From an uncultured Chloroflexia bacterium (GTDB taxonomy: Bacteria; Chloroflexota; Limnocylindria; Limnocylindrales; CSP1-4): 64,000 nt of DNA. Shown in pieces: positions 39,129-48,734 of the stretch. The stretch lies in NCBI GenBank assembly GCA_963814125.1, contig CAWFBR010000007.1:18506-82505 (forward strand), in the 5' to 3' direction. The stretch's first letter is position 1. Every line of letters starts with the position of its first letter. Below the pieces are notes generated by a model. The model was not told the origin of the DNA. It saw only the letters and a list, made by a program, of their open reading frames with translations, and did not search any database. The position numbers were made by a program, and so were the translations under genes.

Positions 39129-40085
39129 ATGACCGCGCCCCAACCTGTCATCCGCGCCCGGGGACTGACCAAGACCTTCGGACCGGTCCGCGCGCTCGAC
39201 GGACTCAACCTCGAAGTGGCCCCCGGCGAGGTCCACGGCTTCCTCGGCCCTAACGGAGCGGGCAAGTCGACGACGATCCGTGTCGTCCTCGGCCTCATCC
39301 GCGCTAGCGGCGGTGACGTCGAACTCTTCGGCGGTGACCCGTGGCGGCACGCCACGACGCTCCACGAACGGCTCGCCTACGTCGCCGGCGACGTGGCACT
39401 CTGGCCGGGGCTCACCGGTGGGCAGTGCCTCGACATCCTCGGCGCGACCCAGGGCGGGCTCGACGAGGCTCGCCGAGCCGCCCTCATCGAGCGGTTCGAC
39501 CTCGACCCCACCAAGCGGATCCGCGACTACTCCAAGGGCAACCGGCAGAAGGTCGCCCTCATTGCGGCCCTCGCCGCCGACGCCGACGTGCTCGTGCTCG
39601 ACGAGCCCACCTCCGGCCTGGACCCGCTCATGGAACAGGCCTTCCAGGAGGTCGTCCGCGAGCGGCGCAAGGAGGGCTGCACGGTCCTGCTGTCGAGCCA
39701 CATCCTCGGCGAGGTCGAAGCCCTTGCCGACCGGGTGACCATCATCCGACGGGGCCGGACCGTGACCACCGGAACTCTCGCCGAGCTGCGACGGCATACC
39801 CGCACGCACGTCCATGCGGTCACCATCGACGCGCCCGCCGGCCTCGCCGACGCCCCGGGCGTCGCGGACCTCGTCTCCGAGCGGCTCGACGGCCACGTCG
39901 ACAGCCGGTTTACCATCGACGCCGACCATCTCGACGACGTCGTGGGCCGGCTGCACACCGCGCGGATCCACACCCTCACCGTTACCCCGCCGAGCCTGGA
40001 CGCGCTCTTCCTGCGCGCCTATGACGGAGTGGCCGCTCCCCTCGACACCACCGAGCTCGGAGCGCCGGCCGAGGCGCGACGATGA
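39129..40085 (+). CDS. ABC exporter ATP-binding protein
   Basis: GPNGAGKST, YSKGNRQK, LDEPTSGLD, SSH. Confidence 0.95.
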   Translation: MTAPQPVIRARGLTKTFGPVRALDGLNLEVAPGEVHGFLGPNGAGKSTTIRVVLGLIRASGGDVELFGGDPWRHATTLHERLAYVAGDVALWPGLTGGQCLDILGATQGGLDEARRAALIERFDLDPTKRIRDYSKGNRQKVALIAALAADADVLVLDEPTSGLDPLMEQAFQEVVRERRKEGCTVLLSSHILGEVEALADRVTIIRRGRTVTTGTLAELRRHTRTHVHAVTIDAPAGLADAPGVADLVSERLDGHVDSRFTIDADHLDDVVGRLHTARIHTLTVTPPSLDALFLRAYDGVAAPLDTTELGAPAEARR

Positions 40086-41665
40086 ACGCGACCGGTCTGG
40101 GGGTCATGCTCGGTATCCAGTGGCGGACGCACCGCCGCTCCACGCTCATCTGGATGTTCGTGCTCATCGCCGCCATGATCGGCACGGCGGGCGCGATCGC
40201 GGGCACCTACACCACGCCCGAGCAGATCCACACGTACGCCGCGGCCGTCACGGCCGGGAGCGCGCTCGTCGCGATCAACGGCCGGGTCGAGGGCATCGAC
40301 AGCCTCGGCGGGGTCATAGCGGACGAGTTCGGCTTCCTCGCCGCCTTCCTCCTGCCGCTGCTCGGCATCAGCCTCGTCGCGCAGGCCACCCGCGCGGAGG
40401 AGGAGGCCGGCCGGCTCGAGACGGTCCTCGCGGGCCGCGTTGCGCGCCACGTCCCGGCACTGGCCGGGCTCATGCTCGCCTCCGCCGCGATCTTCGTCAC
40501 CGCCGTCGCGTTCGCCCTCGGGCTCGTCGCGTCCGGAGTACCCGCGGCCCGATCGGTCCTCTACGCCGCTTCACTCGGAACTCTCGCATTCGTCTTCGCC
40601 GGGTTCGCGGCGCTGCTCGCCCAGGTCACCCTGCACTCCCGGGGCGTCTACACGTGGGGCCTGCTCGTCCTCGCCGTCGCCTACGTGTTGCGCGGCGTCG
40701 GAGACGTGACGAATACGTGGATCACGTGGCTCTCGCCGCTCGGCTGGGCGGAGAAGGCCGCGGCCTTCGGGGACATGCGGTGGTGGACGCTCCTCATCCC
40801 CATCGCCTTCGGCGTCTTGCTCGCCGCGCTCGCCGTCCTCATCGCCGCGCGCCGCGACCTCGGCAGCTCCCTCTTCCGCGGTGGCGCGGGATCGGCTCGG
40901 GCGTCGAGGTGGCTGCGCAGCCCGCTCGGGCTCGCGACCGAGATCCACCTGCCGGCTGCCCTCGGTTGGCTCGCCGGTGCGCTGATCATCGCGGGCATGA
41001 TGGGCGCGCTGGCCCAGCAGTTCCTCGACGCCATCGCCGGCAGCCCGTCCATGGCCGAGGCCATCGGGATGTCCAGCGCGCGACCGGAGGATGGATTCGT
41101 CGCCATAACCCAGCTCTACATCGCCATCATCGCCACGGGGTACGCTGTCCAGGCCATCGGCAGTCTGCGCGGCGAGGAGACCGCCGGACGGCTCGAGATC
41201 CGGTTGTCCGGCACCCTGTCCCGCATGCGCTGGCTCGCCGCCCACGGACTCGTCATCGTCACCGGCCTCGTCGTGATCGTCATCCTGTCCTCCGTCGTGC
41301 TGGCCGCGACGACGGCGTGGTCGATGGGCACCGCACTGCACCTGGACCGAGTCCTCGGGGCGGGCGCGGCATACCTGCCGGCCGAGCTCCTCGTCGCCGG
41401 GCTGGCGCTCGCGCTCTTCGGCCTGCGGCCGAGGGCGTTCCCGGCGGGCTATGCGGCCTTCGCCTTCGTCTCCTTCATCGCCCTCCTCGGCCCGGGCCTC
41501 AAGCTGGCCTGGTGGATACGCGACCTCGCCCCGACGACCCATGTCGGCAACCCTCCACTGGGCACCGTCGAGGCGCTGCCCCTCGTCGTCCTCGGCGCGA
41601 TCACCGCGGTCCTCGGCGTCGCCGCAGCCGTCGGCTTCCGTCGTCGAGGTGTGCCCCAGAGCTGA
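40082..41665 (+). CDS. ABC exporter permease (tetronasin-resistance TnrB3-like, duplicated halves)
   Basis: About 12 TM; TRAEEEAGRLE and LRGEETAGRLE repeats; WLSPLGW. Confidence 0.88.
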   Translation: MNATGLGVMLGIQWRTHRRSTLIWMFVLIAAMIGTAGAIAGTYTTPEQIHTYAAAVTAGSALVAINGRVEGIDSLGGVIADEFGFLAAFLLPLLGISLVAQATRAEEEAGRLETVLAGRVARHVPALAGLMLASAAIFVTAVAFALGLVASGVPAARSVLYAASLGTLAFVFAGFAALLAQVTLHSRGVYTWGLLVLAVAYVLRGVGDVTNTWITWLSPLGWAEKAAAFGDMRWWTLLIPIAFGVLLAALAVLIAARRDLGSSLFRGGAGSARASRWLRSPLGLATEIHLPAALGWLAGALIIAGMMGALAQQFLDAIAGSPSMAEAIGMSSARPEDGFVAITQLYIAIIATGYAVQAIGSLRGEETAGRLEIRLSGTLSRMRWLAAHGLVIVTGLVVIVILSSVVLAATTAWSMGTALHLDRVLGAGAAYLPAELLVAGLALALFGLRPRAFPAGYAAFAFVSFIALLGPGLKLAWWIRDLAPTTHVGNPPLGTVEALPLVVLGAITAVLGVAAAVGFRRRGVPQS

Positions 41666-41923
41666 TGGCCGTGGGGATCGGAAACCCCGACTCGATCACG
41701 CGTCCAGACCGTAGTACTCGTAACTGAACTCGCATCCCGGAACCGGATGGCCGGCGTCAGACCGAGACTGAGCACGCCACGGCTGAAGAGCACGGCGATG
41801 GCCTGTTCCTGATCGTCGTCGGGCTGGGGTGGAACGCAGCCACGGCGACCTGAATGTCCCACTCCCGATCGAGTGCGCGCTGGATGACCAGGTTTCGCCG
41901 CGTCGAATACGACAATCGCCGCT

Positions 41924-42160
41924 CTACGGGCAGACGGCGGGCGCCGTGGCCGGATCCACGTCCGTGCAGAGGTCATCCTTCGTGATCAAACCGGAGTCGA
42001 GCACGAGGCTGAAGTTGTCCCGGGTGATCGCCTGCGGCTGGAACTGGATCTGCCACATCTTGTTCCCGGCCGGCGACGTGATCTGCTTCGCACCCGAGAC
42101 CTTGGCAATGTCGTTACTGTGGCACAGCTCGACGGCGGCTTCCGCGGCGGCGGTGCCCAC
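41924..42160 (-). pseudogene. C-terminal fragment of an XylF-like sugar ABC substrate-binding protein
   Basis: AAAEAAVELC...PQAITRDN..LVLDSGLITKDDLC...APAVC; no N-terminal part. Confidence 0.6.
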
Positions 42161-42349
42161 TCGAACCCCCTCAACAACTAAATGTGCGACGCACCTCGCC
42201 CAAAACGATACGCCAAGGGAAGGGCCCTCAGGCGACCGCAACCGCCACGTGGGCACCAGGCTGCTCGAAGATGACGTCGGTCGATGCCTCGAGGACCGCC
42301 AGGTCTGCGCCCGGCGCGACGAAGCCGGGGCTGGCCCCACCACGGAGCC

Positions 42350-42883
42350 CTACCGAGTTATCCGATAGTCGACGATCAGATAGCCGGTCGGTGAGATCTC
42401 GCTTCGGATCAATTCGAGCTTGATCGATGGCAGGTCGTCGAGGAGTCGTCGCCCGTGGCCGACGATCATCGGCCCTACCACGAGCTTGAGCTCGTCGACC
42501 ACACCGGCTGCGAGCAACGCCTGCGCGACCGAGATACTGGCGTGCACGCCGATCTCGCCACCAGGCTGCTGCTTGAGATCCCGAACGAATTCGACCAGAC
42601 CGCCCTCGATCGCAATCGCGTTGGCCCACTCCAGGTCAAGCGGCGTCGATGTCGCGACATACTTCGTGACCCCGTTGATGAAGGTCGCGAACGGCTCGGT
42701 CTCGCTGTTGGGCCAGAACCGCCCCCACTCGTCGTAGCTTCGGCGGCCGAGGACGACCGCGCCCTGGGTCTCGATCGTGGCGCCAAGCCTGCGGTCCACT
42801 GCGTCGTCCCACTCGAAGAATGTATCCGGAGCCTCGGCTACCCCGTCGAGCGACACCAACTCGTACACGACAATCTTTCGCAC
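42350..42883 (-). CDS. Dihydrofolate reductase/RibD C-terminal family protein
   Basis: VSLDGV, LGRRSY, KYVATST, AGVVDEL.L.VGPMIVG.G. Confidence 0.9.
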   Translation of the reverse strand: MRKIVVYELVSLDGVAEAPDTFFEWDDAVDRRLGATIETQGAVVLGRRSYDEWGRFWPNSETEPFATFINGVTKYVATSTPLDLEWANAIAIEGGLVEFVRDLKQQPGGEIGVHASISVAQALLAAGVVDELKLVVGPMIVGHGRRLLDDLPSIKLELIRSEISPTGYLIVDYRITR

Positions 42884-43017
42884 GCCTTGCCTCCGATTAG
42901 TCTCGCCGCGCGTCGCTGAACCTGACGCCGGACCTACCGCGCGGCGCCAGCTTGGGATGGCCGTCCAAAGTCGTCAACCGCTTGCCTCCGCCCCGCACGG
43001 CAGGTCGAGACAACCCG

Positions 43018-43425
43018 TTACGTTCGTTCGCTGGAAGGCCACATCCACGATGCTACAAAGGCGACCAGGCTTGTGAGCCACGCCGCGGCGGCGATCAGTT
43101 CGGCGTTCCGCTCCTGCTCTTCGACCCGCTGAAGGGAACGACCGACGAGGACGGTTCCGCCGCTCCAGGAGACCGTAACGGACGCGATCCGCACTCCGGC
43201 TCGAGGTTCCCACGTCACTGCGTTGGGCGATCCCTTCCTGGCCGAGTCGAGAACCCCGCTCGGAGGAAACGGCACGCTGCCGTCCAGAGCGGCGTTCGAG
43301 GCGAGGACCTGATCCCTTGAGTCGAAGACGGTCATGAAAGGGGCGAGACTCGTGGCCGCGTCCACGGTGGCGGGGCCTGCAATCGATGCAGGGCTGGCGC
43401 CGGCGTCGAGCCGCTGGCGGTCTGC
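43018..43425 (-). pseudogene. 5'-truncated membrane-anchored sensor-like hypothetical protein
   Basis: SLAPFMTVFD...VTWEPRAGVRIA...VLVGRSL..VEEQE + TM; frame continues upstream (QRLDAGASP) with no start or first TM. Confidence 0.5.
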
Positions 43426-43731
43426 CGACCCGGGCAGTCCGACGAGCGGGCGCTGGCGGAGCTGGCCGCCAGGAATACGGCGCGAGAGAAATACTCCTCG
43501 GTGAGGTCCTCGAGGACCGCGGGCCGCGGGAGGGTTCAGCCGCCATCACGGACGCAGAGGCTGGATTCGGGACCTTCAGGTCGGGCGGTTCAATGTCCCG
43601 CCGGGCGGCTCTTGTCACCCTCATGTCATCGAGGCGTCATCGGCCTGTCACCTGGGTTCGGGATCTTGTCGTGGGCCTTCTGATAGTTGCCCTCGGAGCG
43701 CGATCAAGGACGGCCGATATGGGAGGAAGCC

Positions 43732-45588
43732 ATGAATCCATCGCTGCTAACGCAAGCCCGGCGCCTGGGCTCGGGTCGCTCGCTGGTATTCTGCGCGCTG
43801 ACAGCGGCCCTGCTGGCGGTTGTCGCGAGCCCTCCGGCCCAGGGCTCGAGCGTCCGGGCCGCGAATGCCGATCCGACCTTCATCTACCAGACCAACTATG
43901 ACGGCGGCCCGTTCGACAACGGCGGGAACGATGAGGTCGTCGATAGCGCCGGAAACGCCTACATCCTGGAGGGGATCTACGACAGCATCGACAGGAACGA
44001 CGTGTTGGTGCTCAAGCTATCCCCGACCGGCGCGGTCCTCTTCACCACCTATCTGCGCGGCGGCGCCCTCGACTGGGGCACCGGCCTGGCCCTCGACGGT
44101 AGTGGCGGGCTGTGGGTGACCGGCTACACCGACTCGGCCGACTTCCCTGTGGTCAACGCGGCCCAGCCCGTGAAGGACGCGCGCCGATCCGGCTTCATCG
44201 CCCGCCTGTCCACCTCGAGCGGCGCGATCCTGTACAGCAGCTTCTTCGGCGGCAACGGCAATGACCAGATCAACGATCTGGTCATCGGGCCTAACGGCGA
44301 CATCTACTTGACCGGGCAGACCAATTCGACCGATCTCCCGGTCGTAAGCCCGTTGCAGACCAGCGCCGGCGATCGCGACGCCTTCGTGGTGCGCCTCTCG
44401 CCGGATGCCCGCACCGTCTTGTACGGCACCTACCTCGGCGGTTCCAACTACGACGAGGGCAACGGCATTGGCCTGGACGCGGCCGGCAACATCTACATCG
44501 CCGGCGACACCCAGGCGAATGATTTCCCCACCGTCAACGCCGTCCAGTCCAGCCGGGGCGGCGACTACGACGCGTGGGCGGCGCGGATCTCGGCCGATGG
44601 TTCGCATCTCGACTACAGCACCTACCTGGGAGGATCTCGCTACGAGTCCCCCTCCCGCATCAGCGTCGACGCGGCAGGCGACCTGACGCTGACCGGTTCC
44701 ACCAACTCGGCGAACTTCCCCACGACACCGGGCACGGCCCAGCCGGTGGCCACCGGCGACATCTGCGGCTCGTCCCCTTATCAGCACTACTGCTACGACG
44801 GCTTCGTGACTCGCCTTGCCCCGAACGGTGCGCTCGTCTACAGCACGTTCCTGGGAGGCAGCCTCGACAACCAGCTGAACAATCTGGCTGTCGACGGGGC
44901 CGGCAATGTCTATGTGATCGGCTACAGCAACTTCGCGGCGGCGCCGCCCGACTACCTGCCGACCTCGGACATCTACCTGGCCAGCCTTGACAACAGTGGC
45001 GACCTGCGGGCCAGCCTGATCTTCGACGCGGTCGTGCCCAACAGCTCGCACGGCCTTGCGCTCGGTCCGGGCGGCGACGTGTTCTTCACGGGCGTCCGAA
45101 ACCTGGCCGAGGACCTGTACGCGGCCCGACTGGTTCTCGGTAGCGGGCCGGCCCCCACACCAACGCCGACGCCCTTGCCGACCGCAACACCCACTCCCAC
45201 TCCCACCCCGACGCCGACGCCGATCGCGACGCCGACGCCCGAGGCCGCCAGCCTGCACGTGGCCGACCTGGACGGCAGCGCGACCGCCATAGGACGGCGC
45301 TTCTGGCGTGCCGGCGTCACCGTCCTGGTGCAAAACGCCGCCAATGACCCCGTCGCGAATGTCACGGTCACAGGTCGTTGGAGCCGCGGCACCTCGGGCA
45401 ACGTCCAGTGCGTCACCAACGCGAGCGGGACCTGCACGCTCTCGACCGGCACCATCAGCCAGCGAACGAGCAGCGTCACCCTCACGATCAGCAACCTGAC
45501 CGGCTCCGGATACACCTATGCCCCCGGAGCCAACACCGACCCCGACGGCGACAGCGACGGCACGACCATCGTCGTCTCGAGGCCCTGA
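43732..45588 (+). CDS. Secreted SBBP-repeat beta-propeller protein with PT linker and C-terminal Ig-like domain
   Basis: Repeated YSTYLGG / D..GN.YI.G.T.S.DFP units; signal peptide; GGAGG RBS. Confidence 0.9.
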   Translation: MNPSLLTQARRLGSGRSLVFCALTAALLAVVASPPAQGSSVRAANADPTFIYQTNYDGGPFDNGGNDEVVDSAGNAYILEGIYDSIDRNDVLVLKLSPTGAVLFTTYLRGGALDWGTGLALDGSGGLWVTGYTDSADFPVVNAAQPVKDARRSGFIARLSTSSGAILYSSFFGGNGNDQINDLVIGPNGDIYLTGQTNSTDLPVVSPLQTSAGDRDAFVVRLSPDARTVLYGTYLGGSNYDEGNGIGLDAAGNIYIAGDTQANDFPTVNAVQSSRGGDYDAWAARISADGSHLDYSTYLGGSRYESPSRISVDAAGDLTLTGSTNSANFPTTPGTAQPVATGDICGSSPYQHYCYDGFVTRLAPNGALVYSTFLGGSLDNQLNNLAVDGAGNVYVIGYSNFAAAPPDYLPTSDIYLASLDNSGDLRASLIFDAVVPNSSHGLALGPGGDVFFTGVRNLAEDLYAARLVLGSGPAPTPTPTPLPTATPTPTPTPTPTPIATPTPEAASLHVADLDGSATAIGRRFWRAGVTVLVQNAANDPVANVTVTGRWSRGTSGNVQCVTNASGTCTLSTGTISQRTSSVTLTISNLTGSGYTYAPGANTDPDGDSDGTTIVVSRP

Positions 45589-45677
45589 CACAGCCACTCG
45601 GCCAAGCGAGCCGTGATACGTCAACGCCCAGCCTCAGGGCCACCGGCCTCGAGGCTGGGCGATCGTCGGCCGAGACG

Positions 45678-46400
45678 TCACCGCGCGGCGACCGGCAACG
45701 CATCGAGGAGGGCCGCCAGCTCGACGGGCTTCGTGAACATCGGCCAGTGCCCGGTATCGATCTCCGTGTACTCCCACCCGGGAGTCTCGGGCGTAATCGG
45801 CGACCAGGCGTCCGCCGCGGCGCGGATGTAGGTACGGTCGATCGTCTCCGCGGCAGGATTTCCGAGCGACATGCGTTCCCGATAGGTTCCGATTGGATGT
45901 GGCGTTCCGCGCGTGGCCAGAACCTCGAACAGCGCGCCGTCGACGCCGTGCGCTCCGTAATAGAGATCGAGCTCCGCCCGCCCGATAACCGGCAGTCGGA
46001 ACGGATCACCCGCAGCGGCCGCGCTGGCCTCCATCCCGGCCTTCGCCTCAGGACCAATCACATCGAAGAGCGACAGGCCATCGGGCAGCACGACGCCGGC
46101 CACGTACACGAGGCGTGCGACTCGGTCTGGGATTCGGTCGGCGACTCCGGTGATCACGGCTCCCGCGTACGAGTGGCCGACGAGGATCACGTCACGGAGG
46201 TCGTCCTTCTCAAACAAGGAGACGACGTCGTCCACGTGAGTCGTCAGGTTCGTCTCCGGCGTCCCTTCGCTTGCGCGCTCCGCCAGGCCGCTGAGCGTCA
46301 CCGGGCGAACTTCATGCCCGCGACGACGAAGGTCGGCGGCGGTGGCCTCCCACGCCCAGGCACCGAGCCAGGCCCCGGGGATGAGGACGAATGTGCTCAC
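45678..46400 (-). CDS. Alpha/beta hydrolase (methylesterase-like)
   Basis: FVLIPGAWLGAWAW, LVGHSYAG, TGHWPMF; AAGGAG RBS. Confidence 0.92.
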   Translation of the reverse strand: MSTFVLIPGAWLGAWAWEATAADLRRRGHEVRPVTLSGLAERASEGTPETNLTTHVDDVVSLFEKDDLRDVILVGHSYAGAVITGVADRIPDRVARLVYVAGVVLPDGLSLFDVIGPEAKAGMEASAAAAGDPFRLPVIGRAELDLYYGAHGVDGALFEVLATRGTPHPIGTYRERMSLGNPAAETIDRTYIRAAADAWSPITPETPGWEYTEIDTGHWPMFTKPVELAALLDALPVAAR

Positions 46401-46503
46401 GGTTGTCTCCTTTCGATAGATGTGTCCGGTGATCGCGCTTTGTCTCCCACAATGCCACTGAATGAGGGCCGATAGTGTCCTCATTCTCGGTATCCTTCTG
46501 GAC

Positions 46504-47454
46504 ATGGCCGCTACCCTTCGCCTCTTTGCACTCCTCGACGTGCTTCAGCGCGGCGGCTGGGTCTCCGGACCCGAATTAGCGAGGCGACTCGAGGTCGACG
46601 CGCGGATGCTGCGCCGCGACCTGGTCCGTCTCCAGGAGATCGGCATCCCAATCGAGTCGGAGCGCGGCCGGCATGGCGGTTACCGCCTCCGGCCCGGCTA
46701 CCGCCTGCCACCGCTCATGCTCACCGACGACGAGGCGGTCGCGGTCATCCTGGCGCTGAAGTCCGCCCGCGAACTTGGGTTCGCGACGGCTGCCCCTGCC
46801 ATCGAGACCGCAAGCGCGAAGATCCATCGTGTCCTACCAGTGGCGTTGCGCACGCGCGTGCAAACGCTCGAGGAAGCGTTGGGGCTCGCGGCACGAGCAT
46901 CCGCAGGCGGAGGGGCACAGGGCGGCGTGCTCCTGGAGCTCGCAGAGGGGATCCGGCGACAGCGTCGAGCGGTGGTCAGGTACGCCTCGCCGGGCCGCGA
47001 GCCTCGCGAGCGGAAGGTAGACCCCTATGGACTGGCGGTCATAAGCGGACGCTGGTACCTGGCGGCGCTGGACCACGGCAGCGCGGAGATTCGGACCTTC
47101 CGCGTCGACCGCATCCTCAGCGCGAAGCTGGGGCCGGAGCCCGCCGTCGTACCACCCGAGTTCGACGCCGTGGCGTTCGTCTCCCGCTCACTCGCGCGCG
47201 TGCCCTGGCGATGGGAGATCGAGCTGGTCGCCGACGCGAGCATGGACCAGGTTCGAAGGGACATCCCGGCCACGGTCGCGGAGATCGAAGAGCGACCCGA
47301 CGGCGTGCTCGTGCGTGTCCGCGCCGAGGATCTGTCGGGTGCCGCTCGGATGCTGGCAGCCGTGTCGTGGACCTTCGTCATCCGCAAGCCGGCCAAGCTA
47401 CGCACCGCGCTTCGAGAGCACGCCCAGGCGCTTCTCCAGACCTCGATCCGGTAG
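46504..47454 (+). CDS. WYL-domain HTH transcriptional regulator (YafY family)
   Basis: ELARRLEV..RMLRRD, GRHGGYRL, VDPYGL....RWYL, RTFRVDRI. Confidence 0.94.
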   Translation: MAATLRLFALLDVLQRGGWVSGPELARRLEVDARMLRRDLVRLQEIGIPIESERGRHGGYRLRPGYRLPPLMLTDDEAVAVILALKSARELGFATAAPAIETASAKIHRVLPVALRTRVQTLEEALGLAARASAGGGAQGGVLLELAEGIRRQRRAVVRYASPGREPRERKVDPYGLAVISGRWYLAALDHGSAEIRTFRVDRILSAKLGPEPAVVPPEFDAVAFVSRSLARVPWRWEIELVADASMDQVRRDIPATVAEIEERPDGVLVRVRAEDLSGAARMLAAVSWTFVIRKPAKLRTALREHAQALLQTSIR

Positions 47455-47573
47455 TACGGCTGGAGGAGGCCGATCCCGAATCGCCGAAAAGCGGAGGCAC
47501 CCTCCTGATAACATCGCCCGATCGTCATGCGGGCAGAGCCACCCCAATCCATCGACTTCACACGAGGGGCAGC

Positions 47574-48734
47574 GTGAACGACGCAACAACCGCAGAGCAG
47601 GCGCGCGAGTACGCGCAGTACTGGGCCTCTCAAGTAACAGTGCTTACCGGCGCAGAACAGGCAGAAGCCCGCCGCTCGGCCGATTACTGGGCCGCACAGG
47701 CCGCACGACTGTCGGCGCCGCCGCCGGTACGGCGCAAGCTATTCACGATCCCCGTAATCATCACCCTCATTCTTGTTCCGATCCTCGTCGCCGGCACGAT
47801 CGCCACCGAGATAAGCTTGTACTCGCAGCGGGCAGCGGAGGTGCAGGAGAGTCGCGGACCCGGAGCAGAGAAGATCGCCACACTCTGGCTCGACGCTGTG
47901 ATCGCGCGTGACAGCAAGACGGCGAAGTTGTACAGCCTCGACAACTTCAGCGTCTACGGATCTGCGGACAAGGCAGACCTGAGCGGGGTGATCGTCGGCA
48001 CCCCGGAGGCGGCCAAGTCGATAGACCTCGGCGTCAGCTATTCGATTGAAGATGTGCTTTACGGCGACTGGCAGGGTGAGGCAATTGAGCCCGAGGCGAC
48101 AATCGCCGTGGTTGTCGTGCGGCTCACCTACTCGGCAACAGCGGAAGGAAATTCGGTCAAAGCGTCCGGTATCCAATCCGTCTCGCTCAAGCGAGACCAT
48201 TTCGACGCAAGGACCGGCGAAAACGTCGGCTCCGTGCCCGGTGGCTCCACCGTTCTGGGCCCCTGGAAAGTGCAGAGCATCGGCGGCACGGTTGAAGCGT
48301 CCGGCGACTTGAAGTACGACGGCGAGTACAGCACCTCGACCTACGCCGCGTCACCGCTGCCGGCAAAGTTCGCGCCTTGCACGAGCCCCAGCAGCATTAT
48401 GGACGACATGGCCGATACGGCGGTGAAAGACGGCACTCTCCCGGCGTGGTGCGCTGCCGGCTACACAAAGTTCAAGAATTACGACAGCGGTGTCACCACG
48501 ATCTTGCGGGACAACCTGGTGCCCTTTGACCGGGTTCCGCCCCACGACATCGTTGGGTTGGCACGTTGGAGGCCACAGTCGGGATTTGGCGGGCCTCCCC
48601 TCGCTGAACTCTCAACCACCCTGCTCAATCGAGAGTTCGTCTTCACCATGATTCTCGTCGACAGCAAGAACTGGCTTGACCCTAAATCCGCCGAATACCG
48701 GATAGTCAGCATCACCGAGAGGATCACTAAGTGA
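47574..48734 (+). CDS. Hypothetical single-TM exported protein
   Basis: GAGGGG RBS + GTG; duplicated N-terminal YWASQ/YWAAQ; one TM; more AT-rich codons than neighbours. Confidence 0.7.
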   Translation: MNDATTAEQAREYAQYWASQVTVLTGAEQAEARRSADYWAAQAARLSAPPPVRRKLFTIPVIITLILVPILVAGTIATEISLYSQRAAEVQESRGPGAEKIATLWLDAVIARDSKTAKLYSLDNFSVYGSADKADLSGVIVGTPEAAKSIDLGVSYSIEDVLYGDWQGEAIEPEATIAVVVVRLTYSATAEGNSVKASGIQSVSLKRDHFDARTGENVGSVPGGSTVLGPWKVQSIGGTVEASGDLKYDGEYSTSTYAASPLPAKFAPCTSPSSIMDDMADTAVKDGTLPAWCAAGYTKFKNYDSGVTTILRDNLVPFDRVPPHDIVGLARWRPQSGFGGPPLAELSTTLLNREFVFTMILVDSKNWLDPKSAEYRIVSITERITK

